Virus record (IMG/VR): IMGVR_UViG_3300044837_000188 | Strand: one strand, 5' to 3' | DNA: 64,000 nucleotides | Source: an uncultured virus (IMG/VR IMGVR_UViG_3300044837_000188) | Lineage: Duplodnaviria > Heunggongvirae > Uroviricota > Caudoviricetes | Part shown: positions 37,081-46,311 of the stretch, piece after piece | Position numbering within the stretch: the stretch's first letter is position 1 | Layout of the letters: each line of letters starts with the position of its first letter | Made by a program: the position numbers and the translations under genes | The notes under the pieces: generated by a model | Seen by the model: only the letters and a program-made list of their open reading frames with translations | What the model was told of the DNA's origin: nothing | The model's database searches: none

Positions 37081-39150
37081 ATGGCCGCACCCACGGCAGT
37101 CCGGTCCAAGCCTCGGCCGTCACTGCTGCCCAAGAGCTTCGGTCCTGACAAGCTCTTCCAGCTCTTCACCGGTCTGCCGGTACCCGACCCGATCACCTTC
37201 GTGATGTCGCCGGACTACCTGGACCGGCCGAACATGTACCCGCGACAGGCCACGCTGCTGAAGATCATTTTCCTGCGGCACGACCTGCTGACGCCGTACG
37301 ACCACGCGGTGATCGACGAGTGGGAACAGAGCTTCTCCGAGACCGGGAACAACGGCATCGTGCCCGGGGTGCGGGAGCGCATGGTCCAGCTCCGCGAGGA
37401 GGGCCGGAAGTGGTTCCGGGAGACCCTCCTCGTGATGGGCCGCCGTGCGGGCAAGGGGCACATCTCCGGCCTGTCCATGACCTACGTCCTGTGGAACTAC
37501 ATGGCCAAGGGCGACCCCCAGAAGTTCTACGGGGTCGACCGGGACAAGAAGCTCCAGGCCATGGTCTTCGCCGGGAAGCGGGATCAGGCCAAGGCCACGG
37601 TGTGGCAGGACGCGGTGAACTACATCACCGGTGCGGCCTGCTTCGCTCCGTACATCCGCGCGCCTCTCCAGGCGGAGAAGCTCTCGGTGTACGCGCCGAA
37701 CGACTTCCTCCGCATGAGGAAGCGCGCGGAGCAGGGGATGAACCCCGAGGACATCAACATGGCCACCTTCGAGATCGTCCCGAAGGAGTCCACCCTGATG
37801 GCCGGACGAGGGCCGACCTCGTTCATGCAGGCGTACGACGAGATGGCCCACGTGGTCGCCTCAGGCGCCAACAGGTCGGCCGAGGAGGTCTACGGGGCTG
37901 CTACTCCGTCCCTGGACCAGTTCGGCTTCGACGGCTTCATCATCGAGCCCTCCAGCCCCTGGCAGATGCTCGGGCAGTTCTATGTGAACTACCAGAACGC
38001 GCTGCTGGTGGACGAGGAGGGCGAGCCGGTCTACCCCGAGATGCTGATGATCCAGCTCGCGAGCTGGGACATCTACAAGGACTGGGAGATCGCCCACACG
38101 ATCGACGTCTTCCCTGAGGGGTACCAGGGCGACCTGGGGGAGTACATCGACCGTCCTCCGCCGAAGTTCGATTCCCTCCGGGGAGCCATCCAGGCGTACG
38201 ACGACCAGATGGCCCGCCTGGAGCAGTCCAACCCGGAGACCTTCAAGGTCGAGCGCCGGAGCCACTTCGCCGTGGCCATGGACGCCTACCTCAACGAACA
38301 GAAGGTCAAGGAGATCTTCCACCCCTGGCACGCCCGCCAGGAGTTCTACGGGTCGCCGGAGCTGGGGATGCAGATCCGGGGCCGACTCGACATGGACTAC
38401 AAGGCCCACGGTGACCCCTCGAAGTCCAACGCGAACTTCGGTCTGGCCTGTGCTCACGCCGAGGTGGGGCCGGACAACCGGCTGCACGTGGTCTTCGACA
38501 AGATCTACCACTTCCAGCCCGGCGACTTCTCGGACCACATCATCGACTACGACCTGGTGGAGGAGTGGATCTGGGACAACATCATGGCGCCGTTCATGCC
38601 GACCGAGATGACCTTCGACCAGTTCAACTCGGCCCAGGTCATCCAGCGCCTCGCCAAGCGCTCTCGGCAGGCCCAGCTCCCCAAGGTCACCCAGGTCTAC
38701 GAGAAGACCGCGACCAAGCAGCACAACTGGACGCGGGCCGAGATCTTCAAGACCGCCGTGAACATGGGATGGGTCCACGCGCCGTACTACGAGCAGGCCG
38801 AGCTGGAGCTGAGGTTCCTCCAGGAGAAGAACGGCGTGGTCGACCACCCCGAGTCCGGACCGGTCCAGACGAAGGACGTCGCCGACGCGATGATGGAGTG
38901 CGTCATGTCCCTGATCGGGGACCAGATCATCTCCATGCGGGCAGAGCTGGGATCGATGCGGCCCCAGGGCGCCATGCAGAGCGGCATCCACCCGTTCCCG
39001 AACATGTCCCGGGGCAGTGAGTTCTCCGGCGGACCCCGCACTGACCAGGACGTATTCCGTCAGCTCGGGGGATTCGGCCGGGCCCGTGGAGCCCGTGCCG
39101 ACACCTTCCACGAGAGCGCCCGTTCCCGTGGGCGGCGTAATCGCATGTGA
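37081..39150 (+). CDS. terL: Terminase large subunit
   Basis: YPRQ, LVMGRRAGKG (Walker A), AYDEMAH (Walker B), SSP, nuclease HGDPS..FDQFNS..KDVADA. Confidence 0.85.
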   Translation: MAAPTAVRSKPRPSLLPKSFGPDKLFQLFTGLPVPDPITFVMSPDYLDRPNMYPRQATLLKIIFLRHDLLTPYDHAVIDEWEQSFSETGNNGIVPGVRERMVQLREEGRKWFRETLLVMGRRAGKGHISGLSMTYVLWNYMAKGDPQKFYGVDRDKKLQAMVFAGKRDQAKATVWQDAVNYITGAACFAPYIRAPLQAEKLSVYAPNDFLRMRKRAEQGMNPEDINMATFEIVPKESTLMAGRGPTSFMQAYDEMAHVVASGANRSAEEVYGAATPSLDQFGFDGFIIEPSSPWQMLGQFYVNYQNALLVDEEGEPVYPEMLMIQLASWDIYKDWEIAHTIDVFPEGYQGDLGEYIDRPPPKFDSLRGAIQAYDDQMARLEQSNPETFKVERRSHFAVAMDAYLNEQKVKEIFHPWHARQEFYGSPELGMQIRGRLDMDYKAHGDPSKSNANFGLACAHAEVGPDNRLHVVFDKIYHFQPGDFSDHIIDYDLVEEWIWDNIMAPFMPTEMTFDQFNSAQVIQRLAKRSRQAQLPKVTQVYEKTATKQHNWTRAEIFKTAVNMGWVHAPYYEQAELELRFLQEKNGVVDHPESGPVQTKDVADAMMECVMSLIGDQIISMRAELGSMRPQGAMQSGIHPFPNMSRGSEFSGGPRTDQDVFRQLGGFGRARGARADTFHESARSRGRRNRM

Positions 39151-39276
39151 CGGGTCTTGCCGAAGCACTTGCGATCATGTAATCCTTGGGATATCTCCGC
39201 ATCGCGGACACACGGTGACAAGCCCTTACGGGCCTCTTGAGTCGGATCTCTGGCGGGATCTCGCTTCACTGTGCTG

Positions 39277-39304
39277 GAAGGCCCCCGTTCACCCGGGGGC
39301 CTTC
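39277..39304. terminator. Terminator-like hairpin
   Basis: GAAGGCCCCCG-TTCACC-CGGGGGCCTTC. Confidence 0.5.
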
Positions 39305-39349
39305 TGCTGTCCCAGGACCCTGAACGGGCACGAAGGGGTGGAGGTGGCC

Positions 39350-42300
39350 ATGTCCAAGACCCTGACCGAGCTGTTCACCACGGCGGCCGAGCACTCGCCC
39401 GAGTGGATCGCCGAGTGGGGCGGTGGACCGTCCAAGCCGTGCCCCTGTTGCAAGGGCACCGGCGAGCACGACGAGGGCGAGTGCCAGCTCTGCGACGGCG
39501 GGATGACCGTGAGCGCCAAGACCCCCGAGGACGCCAAGGGCCGCGACTGCTTCCGGACGGCATCTCAGGAGGGCTCCGTACGGATGGCGGCCCCGGAGGA
39601 GTACCGGAAGTTCCACTACCCGGACTACCCGCAGGTGAAGGGTGGCCTGGGTGGCCTGGTGCGGCACTTCAAGAAGACCGACCCCGACTACTACGACAAG
39701 GTCAAGAACGACGTTCAGTCGAACGGCATCAAGACCCCGATCCTGGTCAAGTACAAGGACCCTCGCGGCAATGACCTGAAGCGGCCCCAGGTGATGGAAG
39801 GCCACCACCGTGCCGCCGTGGCGCACGAGCTGGGGATCCACCTGCCCGTCGGCGACTACGACAACGAGCACGACTTCGGCCGGTCCCGTGCGGGTAACGC
39901 CGACTGGTTCCAGAACAACCAGCGGACCCCGAAGGGGATCTCCTGGGAGGCCTCCCGCAAGACGGCTCTGCCGGGCGAGGAAAGCCAGCACACCCCGGGC
40001 CCCGTCGGTCTGCCGGACGAGAAGTCTTACACGCACGACCAGGGTGTCCACCGGGGCGTCTCGATCGTTCTCTCGCCGGAGAAGCACAAGTTCGTCCACG
40101 ATCCCGCTCAGCCCGCACCGGCCAAGGCTCACCTGCTGCTCTCTGAGTTGAGGAAGCAGAACGCCAAGAACGAGGGCCCCGAGGGCGAGGAGGGGTCCAC
40201 CGGCGGCCTGGGGAACTACTGGAGCCCCTCGCCGGACAAGGGCGCGGAGTACGCGGCCCAGGGCGGTTTCAAGGCGTACCACGACCACGAGCGGGCCCAT
40301 AACTGCGGCGACGAGGACACGGGCCACGGCGGATGCCCCACGACCCAGGTCGTTGTGCACGCCGACACCCCGCCGGAGAAGAACCACTGGCACGAGCGCT
40401 TCCGCCAGGGCGAGAAGTACGACCCCGCGATCTCCTGGCGTCTGCCTGTGCGCCCCGGGGCCAAGATGAACGTCCAGGGCGTCTCCTGGCGCGAAGGCAA
40501 CGACCACAAGTCCTCGGACGAGAAGTACAGCGAGGAGGGGATGCAGCACCACACCAAGACCCCCTTCAGCCGGTACGACTTCGCGGCCCCCGTGCACAAG
40601 GAGGCCGGGGTGAGCTTCGGCCCCGGCGGCAAGATGGGCGAGGACAGCTATGAGGAGGGCGACGGCTACAGCAAGGGGCGCTGGGACGAATGGCACCCCA
40701 AGCTCCAGCCGGAGATCCACCGGCACATGGCCCTGGACCTCCCCGCGAGCCACCCGGCGCACAACGACAAGCTGCCCCTGGAGGAGCGCGCTCGCTCCGT
40801 GCTCCAGGACACTCTGACCAAGGGCAACGTCGGCGTGCACTGGACGGACGACCAGAACTACAAGCACCTCACCGGCCCCCGCCTGGAGGCCGGTCAGACC
40901 CCGGTGATCCTGCACGCCAAGACGCCGCCCCGGGACCACGTCGAGGACAACGACTACGTCCTGGAGGACCGCGCTGTACGGGACTGGGACACCGAGGAGC
41001 GGGAGGTCCCGCTCAAGCGCAACGCGCCCGTGCACGTCACCGGCATCACCTGGCACACCCCCAGGGGCGGCGCCGTCCGGCACAACTTTGAGCAGCCCTT
41101 CCGTGTTCACGCGGCGCTGAAGGACCCGGACGAGGTGGAGTGCAACCAGGGCCACACCCACTGGGGGCAGCGCGGGGCGGCCGGTCTCCTGGTGCGCCAC
41201 ACGGACCTGGAGGGAACTCACCACTACCTCCTCCAGCAGCGCTCGAAGCAGGTCGACCACCCCGGTACGTGGTCGACCCCGGGCGGTGCCATCGAGCAGG
41301 GCGAGAGCCCGTTCGCGGCCGGTACCAGGGAGGGCACGGAGGAACTGGGGGACCTGCCTCCGCTGGGACACGTCGGCACGCACTCCAACGACCACGGCGG
41401 CTGGTCGTACCACACCGTGATCGCCGACAGCCCGACCAAGTTCACCCCCGACGGCGAGGGGTCGCACGCGCACGAGACGGCCGGACACGGCTGGTTCACC
41501 GCGCCGCAGATCGACGGCATGGGGGAGTCCGGCGAGCTGCACCCCGGCTTCGCCGAGTCCTGGCCCGAGGTCCGTCACCGCGCGGAGACCGAGGTCCCGC
41601 ACCAGCAGATGCGCCTGTTCGCCTCCAGCAAGCACGCACCGGCGGGAACCTTCGGGAAGGACAACGAGGGTCACCGCGTCCAGATGACCCCGATGGACGG
41701 GTGGGCCCACGACGACGGCTCCCACGGCCACGAGGACAACACGAACATCGGGGACCACCCGGTCTACACCGACACGCACACTTGGCTGCCGTCCGGCCGG
41801 TACTGGGGTCCCAATAGCGCTCAGAACGACCAGCGGCTGTTCGAGGGCGACCACCTGCGCCCGGAGATCCGCAGTGACGTCCTGGACCGCGTGGGAGGCG
41901 TTCTGCGGCCCCACTACAAGGACTGGGCCAAGTGGGCCAAGGTCTACTTCGCCGGGTCGGAGGCGGCCCGCTGGCAGCCTTTCAACGGGGATTTCGACAT
42001 CCTGATCGGGATCGACTGGTCTGCGTTCCACAAGGCCAATCCCGACTGGGAGGAGTACCCGGACGCCGGGATCGCGGCGGGCATGACGGACCACTTCTGG
42101 ATGGAGCCCGGCGGCAACGTCAAGGACTACTGGTTCACCCTCCAGGACGGCCGCAAGGTGGGGCCCTTCGACCGAACCTTCTTCGTGAACCCGAAGGCCT
42201 GGGACATCAGGGAGCTGCACCCGTACGCGGCCTACAACGTCACGGACGACGACTGGGCCGTGCACCCCCTGGAGGTCCCCGCCGACTGGGACGCCACCCA

Positions 42301-43102
42301 CCTGCCGGAGTCCTACTGGACGTACGCGGAGTCCCTGCTCCACGAGATCCGCGCGATCGGTCAGCTCCCCGAGGAGGAGCGCCACCGCATGGCGTCCAAC
42401 CTCTGGGACCAGATCCACACCCACCGCTCCGACGCCTTCACCGACGGCGGCAAGGGCCTCTTCGACCTGTCCAACGTCGTGGAGAAGTACCTCGACCAGC
42501 ACCCGGACAAGCCCTGGGCCCAGCTCACCCAGTGGAAGAACGAGGCGCCGGACCAGCCGATGGCCCCGGTCCGCGCGACCCTCAGCGGCCTCTTCTCGGA
42601 GGGAGCGGCCAAGGGCGCCGACGGCAGCGGCATCATGATCGCGATCGTGCCGCCAGAGAAGGTGGGCAAGAAGCTCCTCGTGGAGGACGGAGAGCCCCTG
42701 GAGGCCCTCCACATGACCCTGTGCTACCTCGGGAGCCGTAAGGAGCACCCGAAGGGCAAGGTGGAGTCCCTGCCGTCCCTGGTGCGCGCCTGGGCCCGTA
42801 CGCAGAAGCCCTTCGAGGCGAACATCGGGGGAGCGGGCACCTTCACCAACCCGGGGAGCCACGTCCTGTGGGCCGCCGTGGACATCCCCGGCGGAGGGGA
42901 GATCCGGCAGAGCCTGAGCGACCTCCTGGAGGAGCACGGGTACAAGGTCCGCAATGACCACGGCTGGACTCCGCACATCACGCTGAAGTACCACAACAGC
43001 CATGTGCGGTTCCTGCCCAAGGTCGAGTCTGCGACCTGGAAGGTCGGGGAGGTCATGCTCTGCATCGGGGGCGACTGGGAGCCGATCGAACTCGGGGCTT
43101 GA
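39350..43102 (+). CDS. Polyvalent multi-enzyme protein: Zn finger, ParB/Srx, two ART-like domains, NUDIX, nucleotidyltransferase, 2H phosphoesterase
   Basis: GGAGG plus ATG 39350; CPCCKGTG; GIKTPILV..EGHHR; VHRG/IHRH..W[ST]..HA.TP..ExEV; GGAIEQGESPFAAGTREGTEELG; FAGS..GDFDIL; HMTL and HITL. Confidence 0.8.
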   Translation: MSKTLTELFTTAAEHSPEWIAEWGGGPSKPCPCCKGTGEHDEGECQLCDGGMTVSAKTPEDAKGRDCFRTASQEGSVRMAAPEEYRKFHYPDYPQVKGGLGGLVRHFKKTDPDYYDKVKNDVQSNGIKTPILVKYKDPRGNDLKRPQVMEGHHRAAVAHELGIHLPVGDYDNEHDFGRSRAGNADWFQNNQRTPKGISWEASRKTALPGEESQHTPGPVGLPDEKSYTHDQGVHRGVSIVLSPEKHKFVHDPAQPAPAKAHLLLSELRKQNAKNEGPEGEEGSTGGLGNYWSPSPDKGAEYAAQGGFKAYHDHERAHNCGDEDTGHGGCPTTQVVVHADTPPEKNHWHERFRQGEKYDPAISWRLPVRPGAKMNVQGVSWREGNDHKSSDEKYSEEGMQHHTKTPFSRYDFAAPVHKEAGVSFGPGGKMGEDSYEEGDGYSKGRWDEWHPKLQPEIHRHMALDLPASHPAHNDKLPLEERARSVLQDTLTKGNVGVHWTDDQNYKHLTGPRLEAGQTPVILHAKTPPRDHVEDNDYVLEDRAVRDWDTEEREVPLKRNAPVHVTGITWHTPRGGAVRHNFEQPFRVHAALKDPDEVECNQGHTHWGQRGAAGLLVRHTDLEGTHHYLLQQRSKQVDHPGTWSTPGGAIEQGESPFAAGTREGTEELGDLPPLGHVGTHSNDHGGWSYHTVIADSPTKFTPDGEGSHAHETAGHGWFTAPQIDGMGESGELHPGFAESWPEVRHRAETEVPHQQMRLFASSKHAPAGTFGKDNEGHRVQMTPMDGWAHDDGSHGHEDNTNIGDHPVYTDTHTWLPSGRYWGPNSAQNDQRLFEGDHLRPEIRSDVLDRVGGVLRPHYKDWAKWAKVYFAGSEAARWQPFNGDFDILIGIDWSAFHKANPDWEEYPDAGIAAGMTDHFWMEPGGNVKDYWFTLQDGRKVGPFDRTFFVNPKAWDIRELHPYAAYNVTDDDWAVHPLEVPADWDATHLPESYWTYAESLLHEIRAIGQLPEEERHRMASNLWDQIHTHRSDAFTDGGKGLFDLSNVVEKYLDQHPDKPWAQLTQWKNEAPDQPMAPVRATLSGLFSEGAAKGADGSGIMIAIVPPEKVGKKLLVEDGEPLEALHMTLCYLGSRKEHPKGKVESLPSLVRAWARTQKPFEANIGGAGTFTNPGSHVLWAAVDIPGGGEIRQSLSDLLEEHGYKVRNDHGWTPHITLKYHNSHVRFLPKVESATWKVGEVMLCIGGDWEPIELGA

Positions 43103-43127
43103 CTCCAGGAATCCTTGGTAGTAGGTT
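43099..43127 (+). promoter_or_regulatory. Promoter-family copy
   Basis: TTGACT-N17-TAGGTT with CCAGGAATCCTTGG. Confidence 0.7.
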
Positions 43128-43167
43128 CTGTCTTGCCAGAGAGAACCGACCCTCCCGAGGAGGCCCC

Positions 43168-44253
43168 GTGAGCGGAACCAAGCGAGTCCCCGCCGAAGTC
43201 CAGACCGCCATCGACATCGCGAAGCAGGCGGACTGGGACGTCTCGATCCGGAACGGGAAGATCGTGATCACCGCGTCGGACGGCGTGGCGATCACGATCG
43301 GGATGAACCCGAACGACGAGTCGATGAAGACCTTCCGGTCCAGTGCCCGCCGGTACAACCTGATCGGTGACGGGCCAGCCCGTACGCCTGAAGAGGCCGA
43401 GGCGCTGGTTGCCGAACTCGAAAAGGACTCCGAGAAGAAGGCGAAGGCGGCCAACGCCCAGCGCAAGGCGTTCGAGGCGGCTCAGCAGAAGAAGCAGACC
43501 GAGGCCGCAGCGGCTGCGGAGAAGGCCCAGGCGGCCACCCAGGCCGGTCTGGTGAGCGAGGAGCCGGAGGCCGCTCCGGTGCCCGAGGAGACCCTTCCGG
43601 TGTTCGAGATCCCCGTGGGGATCCCGGTCTTCGACGAGACCCTCCTCGGCAAGACGCAATCCGACCTCTTCCTGGTGCTGAACGCGGCCGGGCTGCGGGA
43701 GTACTACTGCGTCGAGTGCTGGGGCGAGGGCAAGAAGTTCACCTCGAAGCGTCAGCAAGGTCTCGCTATGCACCGGGGCATCCGCCACGGCCTCTACACC
43801 CTTCCCGCAGCCACCCAGGAGACCTCTTCCGTGAACCCCGCCCTTCCCTCCGACGTCAACGCCGCGCTGGAGCTGCTGGTCTCGGTGCTCGGTGAGAACT
43901 TCTCGGGGTCGGCCAACACGGCCGAGCTGGAGGCCCTTCAGAAGCAGGCGGCCGACCTGGAGAAGCAGCTCGCCGAAGTGCGGGCCCAGGCGGCACGGGA
44001 TCTCGGTCTCTCGGACAAGCAGTACACGGACGCCAAGGCCGCTTTCAAGAAGGCCTCCGAGGCGGACAAGGCGAAGATCCACAGTCTGTCCGAGGAGCTG
44101 GCTGGTAAGGACGGCAAGCACGCCGCCGAGGTCGAGCAGCTCATGAAGTCCTTCCGGATGCTGCTCAACAAGGTCCAGGAGGCGCTGAACACCAAGGCGC
44201 CGATCCAGGCGGTCGGCGAGATCGACAGTCTGATCAAGCCCTACATGGACTGA
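43168..44253 (+). CDS. Protein with HicA-like N-terminus, C2H2 finger and coiled coil
   Basis: GAGGAGG RBS; AKQADWDVSIRNGKIVIT..NPND; YYCVEC..AMHRGIRH. Confidence 0.6.
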   Translation: MSGTKRVPAEVQTAIDIAKQADWDVSIRNGKIVITASDGVAITIGMNPNDESMKTFRSSARRYNLIGDGPARTPEEAEALVAELEKDSEKKAKAANAQRKAFEAAQQKKQTEAAAAAEKAQAATQAGLVSEEPEAAPVPEETLPVFEIPVGIPVFDETLLGKTQSDLFLVLNAAGLREYYCVECWGEGKKFTSKRQQGLAMHRGIRHGLYTLPAATQETSSVNPALPSDVNAALELLVSVLGENFSGSANTAELEALQKQAADLEKQLAEVRAQAARDLGLSDKQYTDAKAAFKKASEADKAKIHSLSEELAGKDGKHAAEVEQLMKSFRMLLNKVQEALNTKAPIQAVGEIDSLIKPYMD

Positions 44254-44294
44254 GGCCTATCCGGTGACGGGAGAGGGTCTCGCGCCCTCTCCCG

Positions 44295-44324
44295 TTGTGG
44301 CCCCAAGGATTCCAGGAGTAATCT
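44295..44324 (+). promoter_or_regulatory. Promoter-family copy
   Basis: TTGTGG-N18-TAATCT with CCAAGGATTCCAGG. Confidence 0.6.
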
Positions 44325-44353
44325 GGAGACCGCTGAAAACCGGGAGGAATTGC

Positions 44354-44839
44354 ATGAAGCGCAGTGAGCTGGAGATCGACGGCCGGTACGTGGGTCCTGG
44401 CGGCAGGTGCTACGAGATCGTGGACCTGGCGCCTGGATGGCGCATCAGCGGCTCCGGCGAGTGGGCGGAGGACCCCTCCACCCGCACGCGCCACATGCCG
44501 GGCAAGGGCGAGACGCAGTACCGGTCGAACCTGGCCGTGAAGGCCTACCTGATCGCCTGCCCCGGGGAGCCGGAGGAGGTCCGTACGCGGGCCGCCGTGG
44601 ACCCCCGCAAACTCACCGGCCCCTGGGCCGACTACGAGCGCGAGAAGACCTCTGAGGAGGTGGAGCGGCTGCACGCACAGCGGTTGCTCACCCTCTTGCG
44701 GAGGAACATGAGGAGTTACCCGGGTTATACGCCGGGACCGATGACCAAGTACGACGTCTCCAAGGACGGACGCACTGTGACGATTCCGCTGGAAGACCTG
44801 TCCGGCCTGATGGACGTGGCCTTCGGAGGAGGAAGCTAG
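44354..44839 (+). CDS. Hypothetical protein
   Basis: GGAGG RBS, ATG. Confidence 0.65.
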   Translation: MKRSELEIDGRYVGPGGRCYEIVDLAPGWRISGSGEWAEDPSTRTRHMPGKGETQYRSNLAVKAYLIACPGEPEEVRTRAAVDPRKLTGPWADYEREKTSEEVERLHAQRLLTLLRRNMRSYPGYTPGPMTKYDVSKDGRTVTIPLEDLSGLMDVAFGGGS

Positions 44840-44847
44840 GAGAAGCC

Positions 44848-45207
44848 ATGAACAGGGTAGTCAGAGCGATGTTGGTGACCGTGCCTCTCGGGGGCTCCTT
44901 CTGGGGCGCCATGGCGTGGTGGGCGACTTTCGCCCCGGATCCGATCGTCCCCAAGGTGCTGTCCCTGGGCGCGGTGCCGGTGTTCCTGATCCTTTTCGCT
45001 CTGATCGCACTGCCCCGGACCATGGTCGCCGTCTCGCCCGAGGAGCTGGAGTACGAGCGGTACATCGACTCCTGGACCCCTCCGCCCCCGCAGGTGATCT
45101 ACGTCAACAACCAGCGGGATTCGCACCAGGAGCACCTGGCGGAGCAGGCCCGCATGTTCTACCTGTTCGGCCGGGACACTCCGCCGACCGACTGGTACCC
45201 GAGGTAG
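44848..45207 (+). CDS. Hypothetical membrane protein
   Basis: AGGAG RBS; two hydrophobic segments. Confidence 0.65.
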   Translation: MNRVVRAMLVTVPLGGSFWGAMAWWATFAPDPIVPKVLSLGAVPVFLILFALIALPRTMVAVSPEELEYERYIDSWTPPPPQVIYVNNQRDSHQEHLAEQARMFYLFGRDTPPTDWYPR

Positions 45208-45243
45208 CTCGGGAGCGTTTTTAAAATCCCGCCAGGGAGGGGC

Positions 45244-45308
45244 TTGCCTCTCCAATGATCCTTGGAGTAACCTTGACATCGTCAAGGCGACACCGACTCC
45301 TCAGGAGG
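45244..45308 (+). promoter_or_regulatory. Full promoter cassette
   Basis: TTGCCT-N18-TAACCT with CCAATGATCCTTGG; CCTTGACATCGTCAAGG; GACTCCTCAGGAGG. Confidence 0.72.
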
Positions 45309-45313
45309 CTCTC

Positions 45314-46243
45314 GTGACCTACGAATTCCCCGGCTCCGGCAAGCTCGACCCCTTCACCCTCGGCATGATGCGGGACGTCCTGAAGGACCACCTCACGGTG
45401 AAGAAGAACGAGCACGGCTCGGGCTACTGCTGCCAGGTCGCCGCGTCGTACGAGCGCAAGGTGGCCCTGCACGAGAGCGTCGTCTCGGGCCGCAAGGCGG
45501 CCGAGGAGGTCGGAGAGCCGGTCTTCAACCCGCTCTCCGACCGCCAGGGCAACTACATCCGTTCCCTGGCCCGCCGGACCCCGGTCTCCCTGCTGGCCCC
45601 CGAGACGCGGGGCTGGGTGGAGATGGTCCAGGCCCAGAACGAGATCACCCGGGAACAGGCCAAGAAGGCGATCGACGAGCTGCTCTCGGTCCAGAAGGTC
45701 GCCATCCCCTCGGACGACCAGGCCCGCGCGACCCGGCTGATCACTCCGGCGCAGCTCGGCTTCCTGAAGAAGCTGCTGGCCGAGCGCCAGCACGACCTGG
45801 AGCTGGACCTCGCCAATCTGGGCGACCTGCCCTTCTCGGTCGCGTCCAAGCACATCACGGACCTGAAGGACGCCCCCTTCAAGGGTGAGGCCAAGAAGGG
45901 CAACCCGGTCCAGGCCGGTCCGCTGGAGGGTGCCTACCAGGTCGGGGACGACGTCTACAAGGTCAAGAAGGCCGTCCACGGCTCCGGCAACCTTTACGCG
46001 TCCAAGTGGCTGCCGGAGGACAAGAAATGGACCTACGTCGGCCAGCGCGTCTTCTCGCTGCTGACCGCCGAGACCAAGATGACGGCCGAGCAGGCCAAGG
46101 CGTGGGGCAAGCTCTACGGGCGCTGCGTCCGCTGCCACCTCCCGCTGACCGACGAGATCTCCCAGGCTCACGGCTACGGCAAGACCTGCGCCAAGAACGA
46201 GGGCTGGCCGTACGACCTGAAGATCGCTCTCAATCACGGCTGA
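45314..46243 (+). CDS. Hypothetical protein with C-terminal DUF6011-like zinc finger
   Basis: GRCVRCHLPLTD..S..GYGKTC; repeated (S/T)xxQxx(Y/F)(I/L)xxL helices. Confidence 0.65.
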   Translation: MTYEFPGSGKLDPFTLGMMRDVLKDHLTVKKNEHGSGYCCQVAASYERKVALHESVVSGRKAAEEVGEPVFNPLSDRQGNYIRSLARRTPVSLLAPETRGWVEMVQAQNEITREQAKKAIDELLSVQKVAIPSDDQARATRLITPAQLGFLKKLLAERQHDLELDLANLGDLPFSVASKHITDLKDAPFKGEAKKGNPVQAGPLEGAYQVGDDVYKVKKAVHGSGNLYASKWLPEDKKWTYVGQRVFSLLTAETKMTAEQAKAWGKLYGRCVRCHLPLTDEISQAHGYGKTCAKNEGWPYDLKIALNHG

Positions 46244-46252
46244 CTGAACCTC

Positions 46253-46274
46253 GCGGGGGCCTTCGGGCCCCCGC
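46253..46274 (+). terminator. cUUCGg-capped hairpin
   Basis: GCGGGGGCC-TTCG-GGCCCCCGC; no U tract. Confidence 0.45.
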
Positions 46275-46311
46275 CCGCCAGAGAACACCACCTACCGCCC
46301 AGGAGGGCTTC

